DNA of 63,998 bases, filler included, from Cercozoa sp. M6MM (Eukaryota > Protista > Endomyxa: Ascetosporea), in NCBI GenBank assembly GCA_040357565.1. It is 10 parts of 10 records of this genome, joined end to end, with 100 filler letters (N's around TTAATTAATTAA, not from the genome) between each part and the next. Parts side by side here need not be neighbours in the genome. Positions count along the whole stretch, not along the records: positions 62,998 to 63,998 come from JBDODJ010002234.1; 9 more parts are not named here. One strand, 5' to 3'. Positions 63,955 through 63,998 of the stretch are shown here, piece by piece. The notes under the pieces were generated by a model. The model saw only the letters and a program-made list of their open reading frames with translations, had not been told where the DNA came from and did not search any database. The translations under genes were made by a program, and so were the position numbers. Position 1 is the stretch's first letter, and every line of letters begins with the position of its first letter.

Positions 63955-63998
<44 letters not shown>

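Overview
Intron-dense eukaryotic nuclear DNA, probably from a protist. The introns I traced are mostly 40-120 nt, all GT-AG, in the standard code; no taxon can be fixed from sequence alone. The window is about 10 contigs joined by 100-nt gaps carrying an artificial TTAATTAATTAA six-frame-stop spacer, so several genes are truncated and adjacency across gaps is not evidence. Genes recognised by manual splicing and recalled motifs (no searches run): BCKDH E1-alpha, a secreted Gly/Tyr-rich protein, a multi-pass membrane protein, a PH-like protein, a Ttd14/AAA_28 NTPase, FAM228-like, CCT2, DTWD1-like with a long unknown N-terminal region, Nup133-like, WDR6-like, a bacterial-type persulfide dioxygenase, an NT-C2 protein, AP-3 delta, CFAP20-like, a TM-RGS protein, copine, HELQ/POLQ-like, RNF5-like, a GT60 GlcNAc transferase, Rav1/DMXL-like, PDS5-like and a C2H2 zinc-finger ORF. 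The clearest structure missed by the ORF track is a 4.7-kb DNA transposon (13170-17908) with 39-bp terminal inverted repeats and flanking TA. It holds a decayed CMC/EnSpm-like transposase and an oppositely oriented, spliced unknown gene. I found no firm evidence of a new multi-gene system. The best leads are this transposon with its cargo, the Gly/Tyr-rich pro-protein, the intron-rich bacterial-type dioxygenase and the DTW fusion.
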